In this document: positions 39,873-50,945 of the stretch, in pieces
Position numbering within the stretch: the stretch's first letter is position 1
Layout: the number at the start of each line of letters is the position of its first letter
DNA from: an uncultured delta proteobacterium
GTDB lineage: Bacteria > Myxococcota_A > Polyangia > Fen-1088
NCBI GenBank assembly: GCA_963796685.1
Contig: CAWCMR010000013.1
Span: 192,001-256,000, forward strand
Length of the DNA stretch: 64,000 nucleotides
Direction of reading: 5' to 3'
The notes under the pieces: generated by a model
The model's database searches: none
Seen by the model: the letters and a program-made list of their open reading frames with translations, nothing else
What the model was told of the DNA's origin: nothing
Translations under genes and position numbers: made by a program

Positions 39873-41438
39873 ATGGCGCTTCTGCTCACGGCGGCCCAGA
39901 TGCGGGCCATGGATAACGCGGCGATCGCGCGGCTGGGTCTGCCTGGTGTAGTGTTGATGGAGAACGCGGGCCGCGGCGTGGCGGAGCTCATCGCTCGTGA
40001 ACGGACGCACCTTGCGGGAACGGAGGTTCGAATCGTGTGCGGCGCGGGGCAGAATGGCGGCGATGGATTCGTGGTGGCGCGACACCTCCTCGGCCGGGGA
40101 GCGAAGGTGCGGGTTTTGCTGGCCTTGCCGCGCGAAAAGGTAATGGGCGACGCCGCCATCTTCGCCAAGGTCCTGGGCGCGCTCGACGCGGATTGCATCC
40201 TGGATTTGTCATCGGAAACCGAGGCCAAGGTTTGGCAATCGCACCTGGCAGGCGCGTCTGTCGTGGTCGATGCTCTCTTCGGCACCGGGCTGCGTTCGCA
40301 AATCCAGGGCGCTCCTGCCGCCGCCATCGCTGGCATGAATGCCACGGATGCCTTGCGCGTGTCGGTGGACATTCCATCTGGGCTCGATGCAGACACGTCG
40401 GCGGTGCACGGCTGCATCGTGCGGGCCCACATCACCGCCACCATGGGGTGTAGAAAACTAGGGCTCGTTCTCGACGCCGATGTCCCGGTGGGCAGGGTCG
40501 ACGTCGTGGACTTGGGGGTCGCAGTCGAGAGCACCGTCGCGGCAGCTCTCGAACAGGGGCCGCTTTGTCATTGGCTGGAGAGGGAAGACATCGCACGCGT
40601 GCTGCCGGTTCGCGCTCCCACCGGTCACAAGGGCACCGCCGGGCATTTGCTCGTGGTCGCGGGCTCGGCGGGAAAGACCGGAGCTGCTTTGCTCGCGGCA
40701 CGCGCGGCCTTGCGCAGCGGCGTCGGGCTGGTCACCATCGCCACCAGCGGCTCGGCGCAAGCCGCGCTCGATGCCAAGGTGGCGTCCGAGATGACCTCCC
40801 GCTACACCGAGGGCGATGCCGCCGATGCAGGCAGTTTTGCCATGCTCGTGGCGCAGGCCGCGCGCATGAAGGCCATGGTCCTTGGTCCCGGCATTCCCAC
40901 GGGACATGGCATGGCAGACCTGGTTCGCCGCTTGGTGACCGAGGTGAGCCTTCCGATGGTTCTCGACGCGGATGCGCTCAATCTCCTCGGTACCGAGGTC
41001 GCGGCGGTCTCGACGAAGGCCGCGGGACCGCGCATCCTCACGCCCCATCCAGGCGAGATGGCGCGACTTTGCGGCATCACGACGGCCGAGGTGGCCCAAG
41101 ACCGCCTCGGGCTCGCCCGCCGATTGGCGACGGCCTCGGGCGCCGTGGTGGTGCTCAAGGGGGCGCGAACCATCGTCGCGGTCCCAGGCGGCGCGGCCTA
41201 CATCAACCCGACGGCCAATGCCTCGCTCGGAACGGCCGGCAGCGGGGATGTGCTGTCCGGAACCATTGGCGCGTGGTTGGCGCAGGGACTTTCACCCAGC
41301 GACGCGGCGTGTGCCGGCGTCTTCCTGCATGGTGCGGCGGCCGACGAGGCGACGCGAGCGCTTGGGTCGCGAAACCTCGTCGCGACGGATTTGCCGGATG
41401 CGATCGCTCGCGCATGCGAAGCGCTGCGGCCGGTGTAG
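39873..41438 (+). CDS. nnr: Bifunctional NAD(P)HX epimerase/dehydratase
   Basis: LMENAG, GQNGGDG, DIPSG, LTPHPGEM, GSGDVLSG. Confidence 0.95.
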   Translation: MALLLTAAQMRAMDNAAIARLGLPGVVLMENAGRGVAELIARERTHLAGTEVRIVCGAGQNGGDGFVVARHLLGRGAKVRVLLALPREKVMGDAAIFAKVLGALDADCILDLSSETEAKVWQSHLAGASVVVDALFGTGLRSQIQGAPAAAIAGMNATDALRVSVDIPSGLDADTSAVHGCIVRAHITATMGCRKLGLVLDADVPVGRVDVVDLGVAVESTVAAALEQGPLCHWLEREDIARVLPVRAPTGHKGTAGHLLVVAGSAGKTGAALLAARAALRSGVGLVTIATSGSAQAALDAKVASEMTSRYTEGDAADAGSFAMLVAQAARMKAMVLGPGIPTGHGMADLVRRLVTEVSLPMVLDADALNLLGTEVAAVSTKAAGPRILTPHPGEMARLCGITTAEVAQDRLGLARRLATASGAVVVLKGARTIVAVPGGAAYINPTANASLGTAGSGDVLSGTIGAWLAQGLSPSDAACAGVFLHGAAADEATRALGSRNLVATDLPDAIARACEALRPV

Positions 41439-41451
41439 ACTGCATCCCATC

Positions 41452-41733
41452 ATGACGAAGGAAACACTTCTCTACGCCCTGGGAGCTGAAGGACTGAAGG
41501 TTGCGAGTGACAGCGTCGCCATCCCGGATGATCGGGACGCGTCGTTCCTCGTTTCGGGTCCAGGGGAAACGATTCAAGTGGGCAAGGTCATCAGGATCGA
41601 GCTGCGCGACGGTGCCCTCTGCCTCGAAACCACCAAGGCCGAGCGTTTTTGGTTTACCTACGATCTCCTGCTCGGCATGCGCATAAGAGCGGCGCAAGAC
41701 ACCAAAGACCACGGCGCCGGCTTCAGTAGATAG
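41452..41733 (+). CDS. Hypothetical protein (93 aa)
   Basis: ORF continuing the operon; beta-rich pattern, ends AGF. Confidence 0.65.
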   Translation: MTKETLLYALGAEGLKVASDSVAIPDDRDASFLVSGPGETIQVGKVIRIELRDGALCLETTKAERFWFTYDLLLGMRIRAAQDTKDHGAGFSR

Positions 41734-41740
41734 GCCTATG

Positions 41741-41976
41741 GATCGCGTAGGCGGAGGCTGGCTTTGCCAGCCGGAGCCAGAGCGCGGGAGGGATAGGGAA
41801 CCCTCTCAGGGTTCCCTATGGATCGCGTAGGCGGAGGCTGGCTTTGCCAGCACCGACGCCGGGCCGAAGGCCCGGAGCCTTCAAGCGTGAAAAGGTGACA
41901 GCCCCTCACCCGCCTCGCTGCGCTCGGCGACCTCTCCCCGCTACGCGGGGCGAGGTGTCTTCAGGTCACGGTTCCC
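41741..41976 (+). repeat. Composite REP cluster (family A 41741-41816, partial tandem 41821-41851, CCCCTCACCC-type module)
   Basis: Direct comparison with 939-1014 and 29250-29533. Confidence 0.85.
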
Positions 41977-43682
41977 TATCTAAAGGACATCGACCAGTTT
42001 GCGATGGTGTTCTTTCCCTTGTACTGGGGGAAACCGAAGGTCTGCATCTGGTTCAAGATGCAAACCGGCATGGAACCCGAGCGCTGGCCGTTCACCTGTA
42101 CCGCCTTCACCCGGCCGGTCGGCTGGACGACGAAGTCCACTTCCACGGTGCGGGCACCGCTCTGCATCGCGCAGGGAACGAGCTTGCGGTAGTTGGCGCG
42201 CATCACGCGGTCGATGGTGCCCTCGTCGAGAATGGCATCGCCGCCATCCTTGGTAACGTCGCCATAGTCCATGGCGTTGTTGAAGTCCTCGGCGCGGCCC
42301 GCGATGCCGCCGCCCGTGTGCCGCCTCCCGCCGCCGCCCGCACGTTTGGGCTGAGCGAATTCGACCTTGACGCCGTTGAGAAACTTGTCGACATCGGCTT
42401 CACTGACGCGCGAGGCGAGCACATCGCTTTCCGCCGCTTTGCGGTTCTTGAGATAGAAGGTCATGCCCCCCGCGATGACAAGGACGGCGAGACCGATGAT
42501 GAGGATGGTCCAGCGGCTCTTGCGGCGCTCGGTGTGCTCGTGCGCCTGTTCAGCCCGCGTGCGGCGTTGCGCCTCGAGCTTGCGCTCGACGACACGCGCG
42601 AATTCGGCCAGCTGCGGGTGTTCTTTGATCTTCTGCCGGTCGCCTGAATCGGCATCGACGATGAAGTTGTCTCCCGAGAAGACACCCTTCTCCATCTGCG
42701 CCATGACCTGGGCCAGGGAGAACGGGCCGAAATCGAGGTTGTCCTTCTGGATGAGCCAGCGCTCGTACTCCTCGGAGATCCTGACCGCGTCGGACACGCT
42801 GAACGATTTACCCAGAGTCAGGCGTGGCGTCGCCAGGGCCGGATCCTTCTTGGGCGCGTTCTGGCTCGAAAGCAGCGTGCCCACCTCGGCGATGAGCTGC
42901 GAGGGCCGGGCATAGCGGGTCTCGGGCAACGAGGCCAAACCACGATCGATGATCTTGTCGATGCCCTTGGGGAGCTCGCTGTTGACTTGAGATGCCGGCC
43001 ACGGTGGCGCGGTCGGCGCGTGGCCGGTAACGAGCTCATAAAGAACCGCGGTCAGGGAGAAGACGTCGGAGGCGGGCGATGGCGCGGCGCCGGCCGCCAC
43101 TTCGGGGGCGAGGTAGGGACTGGCAGAGGCGCCTTCGGGCATGTCTAGATGCGCCAGTGCGGGCAGGGCGCGGGTGAGGCCGAGGTTGGCGACCTTGACC
43201 CTCCCGGAGTTGCCCAAGCGAATCGCGGCGGGATGGACGCCACCGTGACAGACCTGGGGGTAGGCAGCCTCGATCCCGTTGGCGGCGTGGCCGAGAAGGA
43301 CGTGGGCGTGCGGCAGTCCCACGACTTGGTTCTGGGCTTTCCTTGAATTGACGATCTGCCTCAGCGTCGCGCCGTCCGCGGGCTCGGTTGCCAGATAGAC
43401 ACGAGTGCCTTCGTAGCCCCAGGCCAGCAGCGTGCACAGATTCTTGTGCGTAACGCCTGCGGCATGGGTGAGGTCGCTCTCGAGCACATGCCGGGCGGAC
43501 GCCGGACACTGAAACATCCTCAACAAGGCCGGCGCGCTGTCACGCGTATCGAGGGCCTGGTAGAGCTCCATTCCGGCCTCTGCGTGAACAAAGGACTGGA
43601 TCTGGAATCGGCCACCAACGATGGTCTCGAGCGGCAGCGGCTCGGCGACCCCTTTTGCATCGAGTGATACTGCGTCGTTCAT
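41976..43682 (-). CDS. Ser/Thr pseudokinase with GYF-like, TM and AgmX/TonB-C-like C-terminal domains
   Basis: YLAPE and SDVFSL retained, catalytic motifs lost; DFGPFS; one TM helix. Confidence 0.75.
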   Translation of the reverse strand: MNDAVSLDAKGVAEPLPLETIVGGRFQIQSFVHAEAGMELYQALDTRDSAPALLRMFQCPASARHVLESDLTHAAGVTHKNLCTLLAWGYEGTRVYLATEPADGATLRQIVNSRKAQNQVVGLPHAHVLLGHAANGIEAAYPQVCHGGVHPAAIRLGNSGRVKVANLGLTRALPALAHLDMPEGASASPYLAPEVAAGAAPSPASDVFSLTAVLYELVTGHAPTAPPWPASQVNSELPKGIDKIIDRGLASLPETRYARPSQLIAEVGTLLSSQNAPKKDPALATPRLTLGKSFSVSDAVRISEEYERWLIQKDNLDFGPFSLAQVMAQMEKGVFSGDNFIVDADSGDRQKIKEHPQLAEFARVVERKLEAQRRTRAEQAHEHTERRKSRWTILIIGLAVLVIAGGMTFYLKNRKAAESDVLASRVSEADVDKFLNGVKVEFAQPKRAGGGGRRHTGGGIAGRAEDFNNAMDYGDVTKDGGDAILDEGTIDRVMRANYRKLVPCAMQSGARTVEVDFVVQPTGRVKAVQVNGQRSGSMPVCILNQMQTFGFPQYKGKNTIANWSMSFR

Positions 43683-43735
43683 CTGGAGCAGTCCGCATTA
43701 TAGGCTGCGTCCCGGCAGCCTTGGCCAGTAAAAAC

Positions 43736-44356
43736 CTACGAGAGCTTGAAACGACGAACCAATTCGCGCAAGCGGCGTGATCCTCCACCTTCGCGGAACA
43801 TGAATTTGATCCCTGTTTGGCTGGGCCCGGCGTGATAGAGGACGCGCCCGGATATGGACATCGGTGCGACCCCGCCGGGCGGAACGATGTCGACAACCAC
43901 GTCGGCGCCGATGTTCGGCTGACAGCGCGTGGCGAAAAGACAGCCGCTCACGCTGATCTCGCGTAACTCGGCGTCGACTGCGGTGGCATCGCTGCCGATG
44001 CGGACCCTGACCGCCAATCCAACGGGGATGCGCGTGTGCTTCCGCTTGCGCGAGACCAGGCGCGCGCCCATCAACGTTTGGACGACGAAGTCACGTTTCG
44101 CGGCTTCCTCGGCCACGAAACGGACGAGAGCCCCTGCGCGGATGCGCAGGCGGGGCAGCGCGGGACGCCACGAGATCACCACCCCACGAAGCAGAACCTT
44201 GTTGGGAAGTCCCTTGCACGCAAGCTCGACCACCACCGGCGCTTCCGCGGGGAGCTCGGTCGTAGTCGGGCAGAAGATGACTCCGTCGGGGTGATCGGTA
44301 TTGTAGAGGCTGCGAAAGTCTTCCGCGCTTCGACAGCGAACTCGGAGAATATTCAA
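43736..44356 (-). CDS. PilZ-domain protein
   Basis: RKHTR..EISVSG; TTG start with purine-rich RBS. Confidence 0.8.
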   Translation of the reverse strand: MNILRVRCRSAEDFRSLYNTDHPDGVIFCPTTTELPAEAPVVVELACKGLPNKVLLRGVVISWRPALPRLRIRAGALVRFVAEEAAKRDFVVQTLMGARLVSRKRKHTRIPVGLAVRVRIGSDATAVDAELREISVSGCLFATRCQPNIGADVVVDIVPPGGVAPMSISGRVLYHAGPSQTGIKFMFREGGGSRRLRELVRRFKLS

Positions 44357-44433
44357 GGTCTCCCTCTCTCCCGACGTAACGGCACTGTGGCTTACCTGCC
44401 CTGTCTGTACTAGCTTCGTCCGACCCAAGTCCC

Positions 44434-45303
44434 ATGTCAATTCGTGTCTACATTGGCGGTCAGCCGCGCGCACCGGAAACGGCCATGATTTCCGTGTTCG
44501 ACCGAGGCTTTCTGTTCGGGGATAGCGTGTATGAAACCATCGCACTCGTGGACGGGAGGCCGCTTTTTCTATCCGAGCACCTGGATCGACTGGAGCGCTC
44601 GGCGGGACGCATCTATCTGACACCGCCGCCGCGCTCGCAGGTGGAGCGGGCCATTCGCGAAACGGTGACCGCGGCCGCCGAGAGGAGTGCGCGCATTCGA
44701 GTCATGGTCACGCGTGGCGCGGGGGGAATCGACCTCGATCCCGCCACCGCGGGCACGCCCGAGCTCATCGTGATTGTGCAACCGCTCGGAGGCCCGACCG
44801 CCGAAATGCTCGAAGCCGGCGTCGCGGTGGCGCTGGTGAAAGCCACGCGCACGGCACCTTCGGGCGTGGCACCCACCGTGAAATCCGGGAACTATCTCGG
44901 CAGCGTCCTGGCCATCGCGGAGGCCAGGCGGCGGTGGCCCGGTGTCAACGAAGCGATCCTCTGTTCGGCCAGCGGTAGCGTTGCGGAGGGCGCCACCAGC
45001 AATGTCTTCGTGGTCCGGGCTGGCGCGCTCGAGACCCCCGCCCTCGATGTCGGCATCTTGGATGGCGTCACCCGTGGCAAGGTTCTCGATCTTGCCCGGG
45101 GCGCGGGCATCGAAACCCGCGAAGTCCTCTTCTTGGATTCGCAAAGCCTACGGGATGCCGACGAGGTCTTCCTTACCAGCGCGGTTCGTGGGATCTTGCC
45201 GGTCACCAAGGTGGACGGGACCGCGGTCGGAAACGGCCGCCCAGGCACGGTCACGCGCCATCTGTGGACCCTTTACCAGCGCCTGGCGAGCGAGGCACGA
45301 TGA
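44434..45303 (+). CDS. Class IV aminotransferase (IlvE/PabC/D-amino-acid aminotransferase family)
   Basis: DRGFLFGDSVYET, KSGNY, EGATSN, LDGVTR. Confidence 0.92.
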   Translation: MSIRVYIGGQPRAPETAMISVFDRGFLFGDSVYETIALVDGRPLFLSEHLDRLERSAGRIYLTPPPRSQVERAIRETVTAAAERSARIRVMVTRGAGGIDLDPATAGTPELIVIVQPLGGPTAEMLEAGVAVALVKATRTAPSGVAPTVKSGNYLGSVLAIAEARRRWPGVNEAILCSASGSVAEGATSNVFVVRAGALETPALDVGILDGVTRGKVLDLARGAGIETREVLFLDSQSLRDADEVFLTSAVRGILPVTKVDGTAVGNGRPGTVTRHLWTLYQRLASEAR

Positions 45304-45524
45304 ACAATATAGCGGCGTACGGACACAAGTTCTTTCTCATCGGCGGGGCGATCCTGATAGCAACGGCGGTGCTGCAGTGGTCGATCAGGCCACGGGCGAA
45401 GGACGGCAAGCGTGCCGCGCGCCTGCTTGACGCGACCACGATGAAGGTGATCCTGTTCGTGTCCTTTGGGGTTTTGGCCATCCTGGTGGGGATTGGGGTC
45501 ATCCCCATTGGCGGTGGACGCTGA
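45300..45524 (+). CDS. Small two-TM membrane protein
   Basis: ATGA-coupled; two hydrophobic segments. Confidence 0.65.
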   Translation: MNNIAAYGHKFFLIGGAILIATAVLQWSIRPRAKDGKRAARLLDATTMKVILFVSFGVLAILVGIGVIPIGGGR

Positions 45525-45636
45525 CACTCGCGCAAGGCATTGAATAGGGTCGGCACTTCCGCTAGAACCACGCCTTCCGTCTTTTGGCCTTCGCCGGGTA
45601 AACCGGAGCGCGGAGCCTGAAAACAGGATCGACGAC

Positions 45637-46962
<1,326 letters not shown>

Positions 46963-46983
46963 GCACGAGGGAGTAGTAGCCCC

Positions 46984-47943
46984 ATGATTTCAGACGATCT
47001 CATCAAAGCCCAGCTTGCAAAAACCCTGGAAACCACCGATTTTCCTGCCCTCGGCAAGAAGTACGCCGGCAAGGTCCGAGACTGCTACGTCAAGGACAAC
47101 CGACGCATCATCGTGGTGACCGACCGAATCAGCGCGTTCGATGTCGTGCTGGGAACCATCCCGTTCAAGGGACAGGTCTTGAACCAGATCGCGGCATACT
47201 GGTTCGAGGTCACCAAGCAGCTTGCCTCGAACCACGTCATCGAGGTGCCCGATCCCACGGTGACGGTTGCCACGGAATGCGAAATCATTCCGGTCGAGTT
47301 CGTCATGCGCGCCTATGTGACCGGCGTGACCACCACGTCGATCTGGTACCACTACTCGCACGGCGAGCGCCGCTTCTGTGGACACGATTTGCCGGAAGGT
47401 ATGCGCAAGAATCAGAAGCTGGACCGTCCGATCCTGACCCCGTCGACCAAGGCCGAAAAGGGCGGACACGACCGATCGGTTTCTCGCGACGAGATCCTGG
47501 CCATGGGCGCGTTGACCCCGGCCGATTTCGACCGCGCGGCCGAGATGTGCGCGCGGGTGTTCGCCTTCGGGCAGAGCCTGGCGTCGCAGCGCGGGCTGAT
47601 CCTGGTCGACACCAAGTACGAGATCGGCCGTCGCCGCGACGGCAGCCTGTGCTTCGTCGACGAGGTCCACACGCCGGACAGCTCGCGCTACTGGTACGCC
47701 GACGACTACCAAGCCCGTTTCGAGCGCGGTGACGAGCCGCGCGGCCTGGACAAGGAATACGTGCGCCACGCGCTCGCCGCCCAAGGCTACACCGGCGACG
47801 GTGCACCCCCGCCGCTCACCGACGAGGTCCGTTGCGAGGCATCCCGCCGCTACGTCTCCCTCTTCGAGCTCGTCACCGGTCGCGAGTTCGTGCCCGATTT
47901 CGACGAGCCCTTGGCGCGCATTCGCAAGAATCTGAAGCTCTAG
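46984..47943 (+). CDS. purC: SAICAR synthetase
   Basis: [32 protein letters not shown]. Confidence 0.96.
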   Translation: MISDDLIKAQLAKTLETTDFPALGKKYAGKVRDCYVKDNRRIIVVTDRISAFDVVLGTIPFKGQVLNQIAAYWFEVTKQLASNHVIEVPDPTVTVATECEIIPVEFVMRAYVTGVTTTSIWYHYSHGERRFCGHDLPEGMRKNQKLDRPILTPSTKAEKGGHDRSVSRDEILAMGALTPADFDRAAEMCARVFAFGQSLASQRGLILVDTKYEIGRRRDGSLCFVDEVHTPDSSRYWYADDYQARFERGDEPRGLDKEYVRHALAAQGYTGDGAPPPLTDEVRCEASRRYVSLFELVTGREFVPDFDEPLARIRKNLKL

Positions 47944-47971
47944 CCGCAGGCCACGTCGGCTCAGCTCCATC

Positions 47972-48360
47972 GCGGCATCCGGGAGAGTGGCGCTCGGCTT
48001 CTCTCTGTGCTTCGGACATTTCTGAGCCCCAAGCCCATGCAAGCTCGGCGTGCGGGCGGCCGGGGGTGCTTCGAGGCGGCGTCGGCGAGCGCCGCGAGCG
48101 TCCTCGCTCGCATGCCAGCGAGCCAGGATAGGGGCCCGCGACCGGTCATCGCGTGGGGCTTGGCGGGCTTTGCCCGACGAGCCCCTTCGCGCGGAGGGTT
48201 TGGGAACCCTCCCATGGTTCCCATCATACCGGTCGCGTAAGGCCCCGGCTGCCGAGCGTGCCATGGACGCGCGCGGCGCGGCCGCTGGCATGCGGCCGCC
48301 GAGGGGCATCCCCGGCGCAAGCCCGCAGAAGCCGAGCGCCGCTCTCCCGGAGGTTGTTGC
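47972..48360. repeat. Long nested imperfect palindrome with a family A REP copy (48148-48222) in its centre
   Basis: 24/25 inverted repeat 47978-48002 vs 48327-48351 plus several inner stems. Confidence 0.75.
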
Positions 48361-48431
48361 CATTGCCGAGGAAAGCGACGCGCTTTTCCTGTGTGGTCGA
48401 TTTATGGCGGAGCGGCTATTCTCGGGGCACC

Positions 48432-48875
48432 TTGCACGCACTCCCCAATGTTCGATTCCGCAGACTGCGGGCTGCGGCGATCTTGCCACGCTACATGACC
48501 GACGGCGCGGCGGGAATGGATCTGGCGTCGGCGGCCGACGGGCCGATCACCATCGCGCCCGGCCAGCGTCTCGGCGTGCCGACGGGGTGGTCGATGGAGC
48601 TGCCGCTCGGGTACGAGGCGCAGGTGCGGCCGCGCTCGGGAATGGCTCTGCGCCATGGCGTGACGGTGGTGAACGCTCCGGGCACCATCGACAGCGACTA
48701 CCGTGGCGAGATCGTCGTTTTGCTGGTCAACCTCGGGCAAGAGTCACACACCATCTCGGCCGGCGACCGCGTGGCCCAGATGGTTATCGCACCGTTTGTC
48801 CAGGTCACCGTCGAAGAGGTGGCGGAGTTGTCACAAACCAACCGCGGCGAAGGCGGATTTGGCCACACGGGGTGA
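48432..48875 (+). CDS. dut: dUTP diphosphatase
   Basis: [30 protein letters not shown]; start approximate. Confidence 0.95.
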   Translation: MHALPNVRFRRLRAAAILPRYMTDGAAGMDLASAADGPITIAPGQRLGVPTGWSMELPLGYEAQVRPRSGMALRHGVTVVNAPGTIDSDYRGEIVVLLVNLGQESHTISAGDRVAQMVIAPFVQVTVEEVAELSQTNRGEGGFGHTG

Positions 48876-48911
48876 TTGATCTTGCGGCTCCCTGTGTGAC
48901 AAGTTCCGCGC

Positions 48912-50067
48912 ATGAGTGACGTATCAAATCGCGTGGGAGGCCCGCCGGCTTCGCCAGCGGCGGACCAGCGCGGGCGGGAAGGGGAACCCTCCCAGGGTTC
49001 CCAGCGAAAATTGTCTGCAGGCATCGTCGGCGTCTCCGGCTATTCGGGGATGGAGCTGGCGCGCATCTTGGCCGTGCATCCCGCGTTCACGCTCTCCGTG
49101 GTCACCACGGACAAGTGGCAGGGCAAGCGCCTCGGCCAGTTCGTGGCGGTGAGCGGAGACGCGGCCGATCTGACCTGCATGCCGCATGCGGCGGGGCAGC
49201 AGATCTTCGACACGCTCGACGTGGTCTTCTTTTGCACGCCGGCGGAAGCGTCGGTCGCGCTGGCGCCCGTCGCACTCGCGGCGGGAACCCGGGTCGTCGA
49301 TTTGTCGGGGGCTTTTCGTCTGGGTGCGGAGGACTATCCGGCGTGGTACGGCTTCGAGCACGGGCAACCAGACCTGCTAAGGCAAGCGCTCTATTCCATG
49401 CCCGAGGCCGCCGACATGTCCGCGCGACTGCGAGACGCCAGGTTGGTTTCCAGATCCCGGCTGCTATCCGACGGCGTCCGCGCTGTCCGTGTTGCCGCTC
49501 CTTCGCGCCGGTTTGATCGAGCCCGACCCGATCTTCATCGACGCCAAGAGTGGCACGACCGGTGCCGGCCGGAAAGGGGCCGAGGAGTGGTCGTTTTCCG
49601 AGCTTGCCGACGACTTTCGCGCCTATCGGGTCCTGCGCCATCAGCACCAACCCGAAATCGAACGGGTGCTCGCCCTGGGCGGCGCACCGGGTGCGAAGGT
49701 CACTTTCACGCCGCACCTTCTGCCTGTGCGGCGGGGAATCCTGGCCTCGGCTTATTGTCAGTTGAGACCGGGCGCGGGCGGGGCGGATCCGGCGCAGGCG
49801 GCGAAGTGCGCCATGGCGAGCTTCGCTGACGGCAAGCCCTTCATCCAGATCGTGACGCCGGACGAGGTTCGTCTGCGCGCCGTGGTGGGCACGAACCGCG
49901 TCTTGATGGGGGCGAGCGTCGAAGCGAAACGCGGCGTCGTCGTCTCCATCGCGGCCATCGACAACCTGGTCAAGGGGGCCGCCGGGCAGGCGGTGCAGAA
50001 CGCCAACATGATGTTCGGGCTGCCCGAGACCACTGGACTTCTTGCTCTTGCGGGACACATGCCATGA
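48912..50067 (+). CDS. argC: N-acetyl-gamma-glutamyl-phosphate reductase; +1 frameshift near 49452
   Basis: GVSGYSG, DLSGAFR; then PGCY, SGTTGAGR, HQHQPEI, DNLVKGAAGQAVQN. Confidence 0.92.
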
Positions 50068-50942
50068 CCGAATCCTTGCCCCCGGAATCTCTCGCCCTTC
50101 GCCGCGATATGCTCGTCGAGGCGCTGAAGTACATCCAGAAGTTCTCGGGTACCCGCGCCGTCATCAAGTACGGCGGAGCGGCCATGGTCCAGCCCGAGCT
50201 CAAACGCAGCTTCGCTCTCGACGTGGTGCTGTTGCAGGCCGCCGGCCTGCGGCCGGTGATCGTCCACGGCGGCGGTCCGGAGATCACGCGCACGCTGGAA
50301 CGCCTTGGGCAGAAGAGCGAATTCATCGACGGTCAACGTGTGACCGGCATGGCCGAGATGGGCGTGGTCGAGATGGTCCTCACGGGCAAGGTGAACACCG
50401 AGATCGTCGGACTCATCAACACCTTGGGCGGTTCGGCCATGGGCATGTCGGGCAAGGATGCGCACCTCATCCGGGCGCGCAAGCAGATCCCGCGGCCGGG
50501 CAAGCCCGACCTCGGCCTCGTGGGCGAGGTGGAATCCATCAACGCCGAGGTGGTCGAGATGCTGCTCGACAAGAAGTACATCCCGGTGATTTCGCCGGTG
50601 GGACTCGGGGCCGATGGCAGCAGCTACAACATCAACGCCGACCACGTGGCCGCCGAGATCGCCGTGGCGGCCAAGGCCCAGAAGCTCATCTTCCTGACCG
50701 ACGTGGCCGGGATTCTCGACGAGAACGGCCAACTCTTGAGCGAGCTGACGACCGCGGATCTGCGCGGTCGACTGCAAGAAGGCAAGGCCGTGAAGGGTGG
50801 CATGGCGGTGAAATCGAAGGCCGTCCTGCGCGCCCTCGAAGGCGGTGTCGAGGCCGTGCACGTGGTCGACGGCCGCGAGCCCCACAGCGTGGTTGTCGAG
50901 CTCTTCACCGACAAGGGCGTCGGCACGCTGGTCAGACCGTAG
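50064..50942 (+). CDS. argB: Acetylglutamate kinase
   Basis: IKYGG, VHGGG, YNINAD, GGMAVK. Confidence 0.96.
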   Translation: MTESLPPESLALRRDMLVEALKYIQKFSGTRAVIKYGGAAMVQPELKRSFALDVVLLQAAGLRPVIVHGGGPEITRTLERLGQKSEFIDGQRVTGMAEMGVVEMVLTGKVNTEIVGLINTLGGSAMGMSGKDAHLIRARKQIPRPGKPDLGLVGEVESINAEVVEMLLDKKYIPVISPVGLGADGSSYNINADHVAAEIAVAAKAQKLIFLTDVAGILDENGQLLSELTTADLRGRLQEGKAVKGGMAVKSKAVLRALEGGVEAVHVVDGREPHSVVVELFTDKGVGTLVRP

Positions 50943-50945
50943 GCT

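Noticed and set aside
47944-48430. RNase P RNA, tmRNA or 6S RNA
   Set aside because: GAGGAAAG at ~48368 is not followed by TCC, no tRNA-like ends or tag ORF, and size/context do not fit 6S
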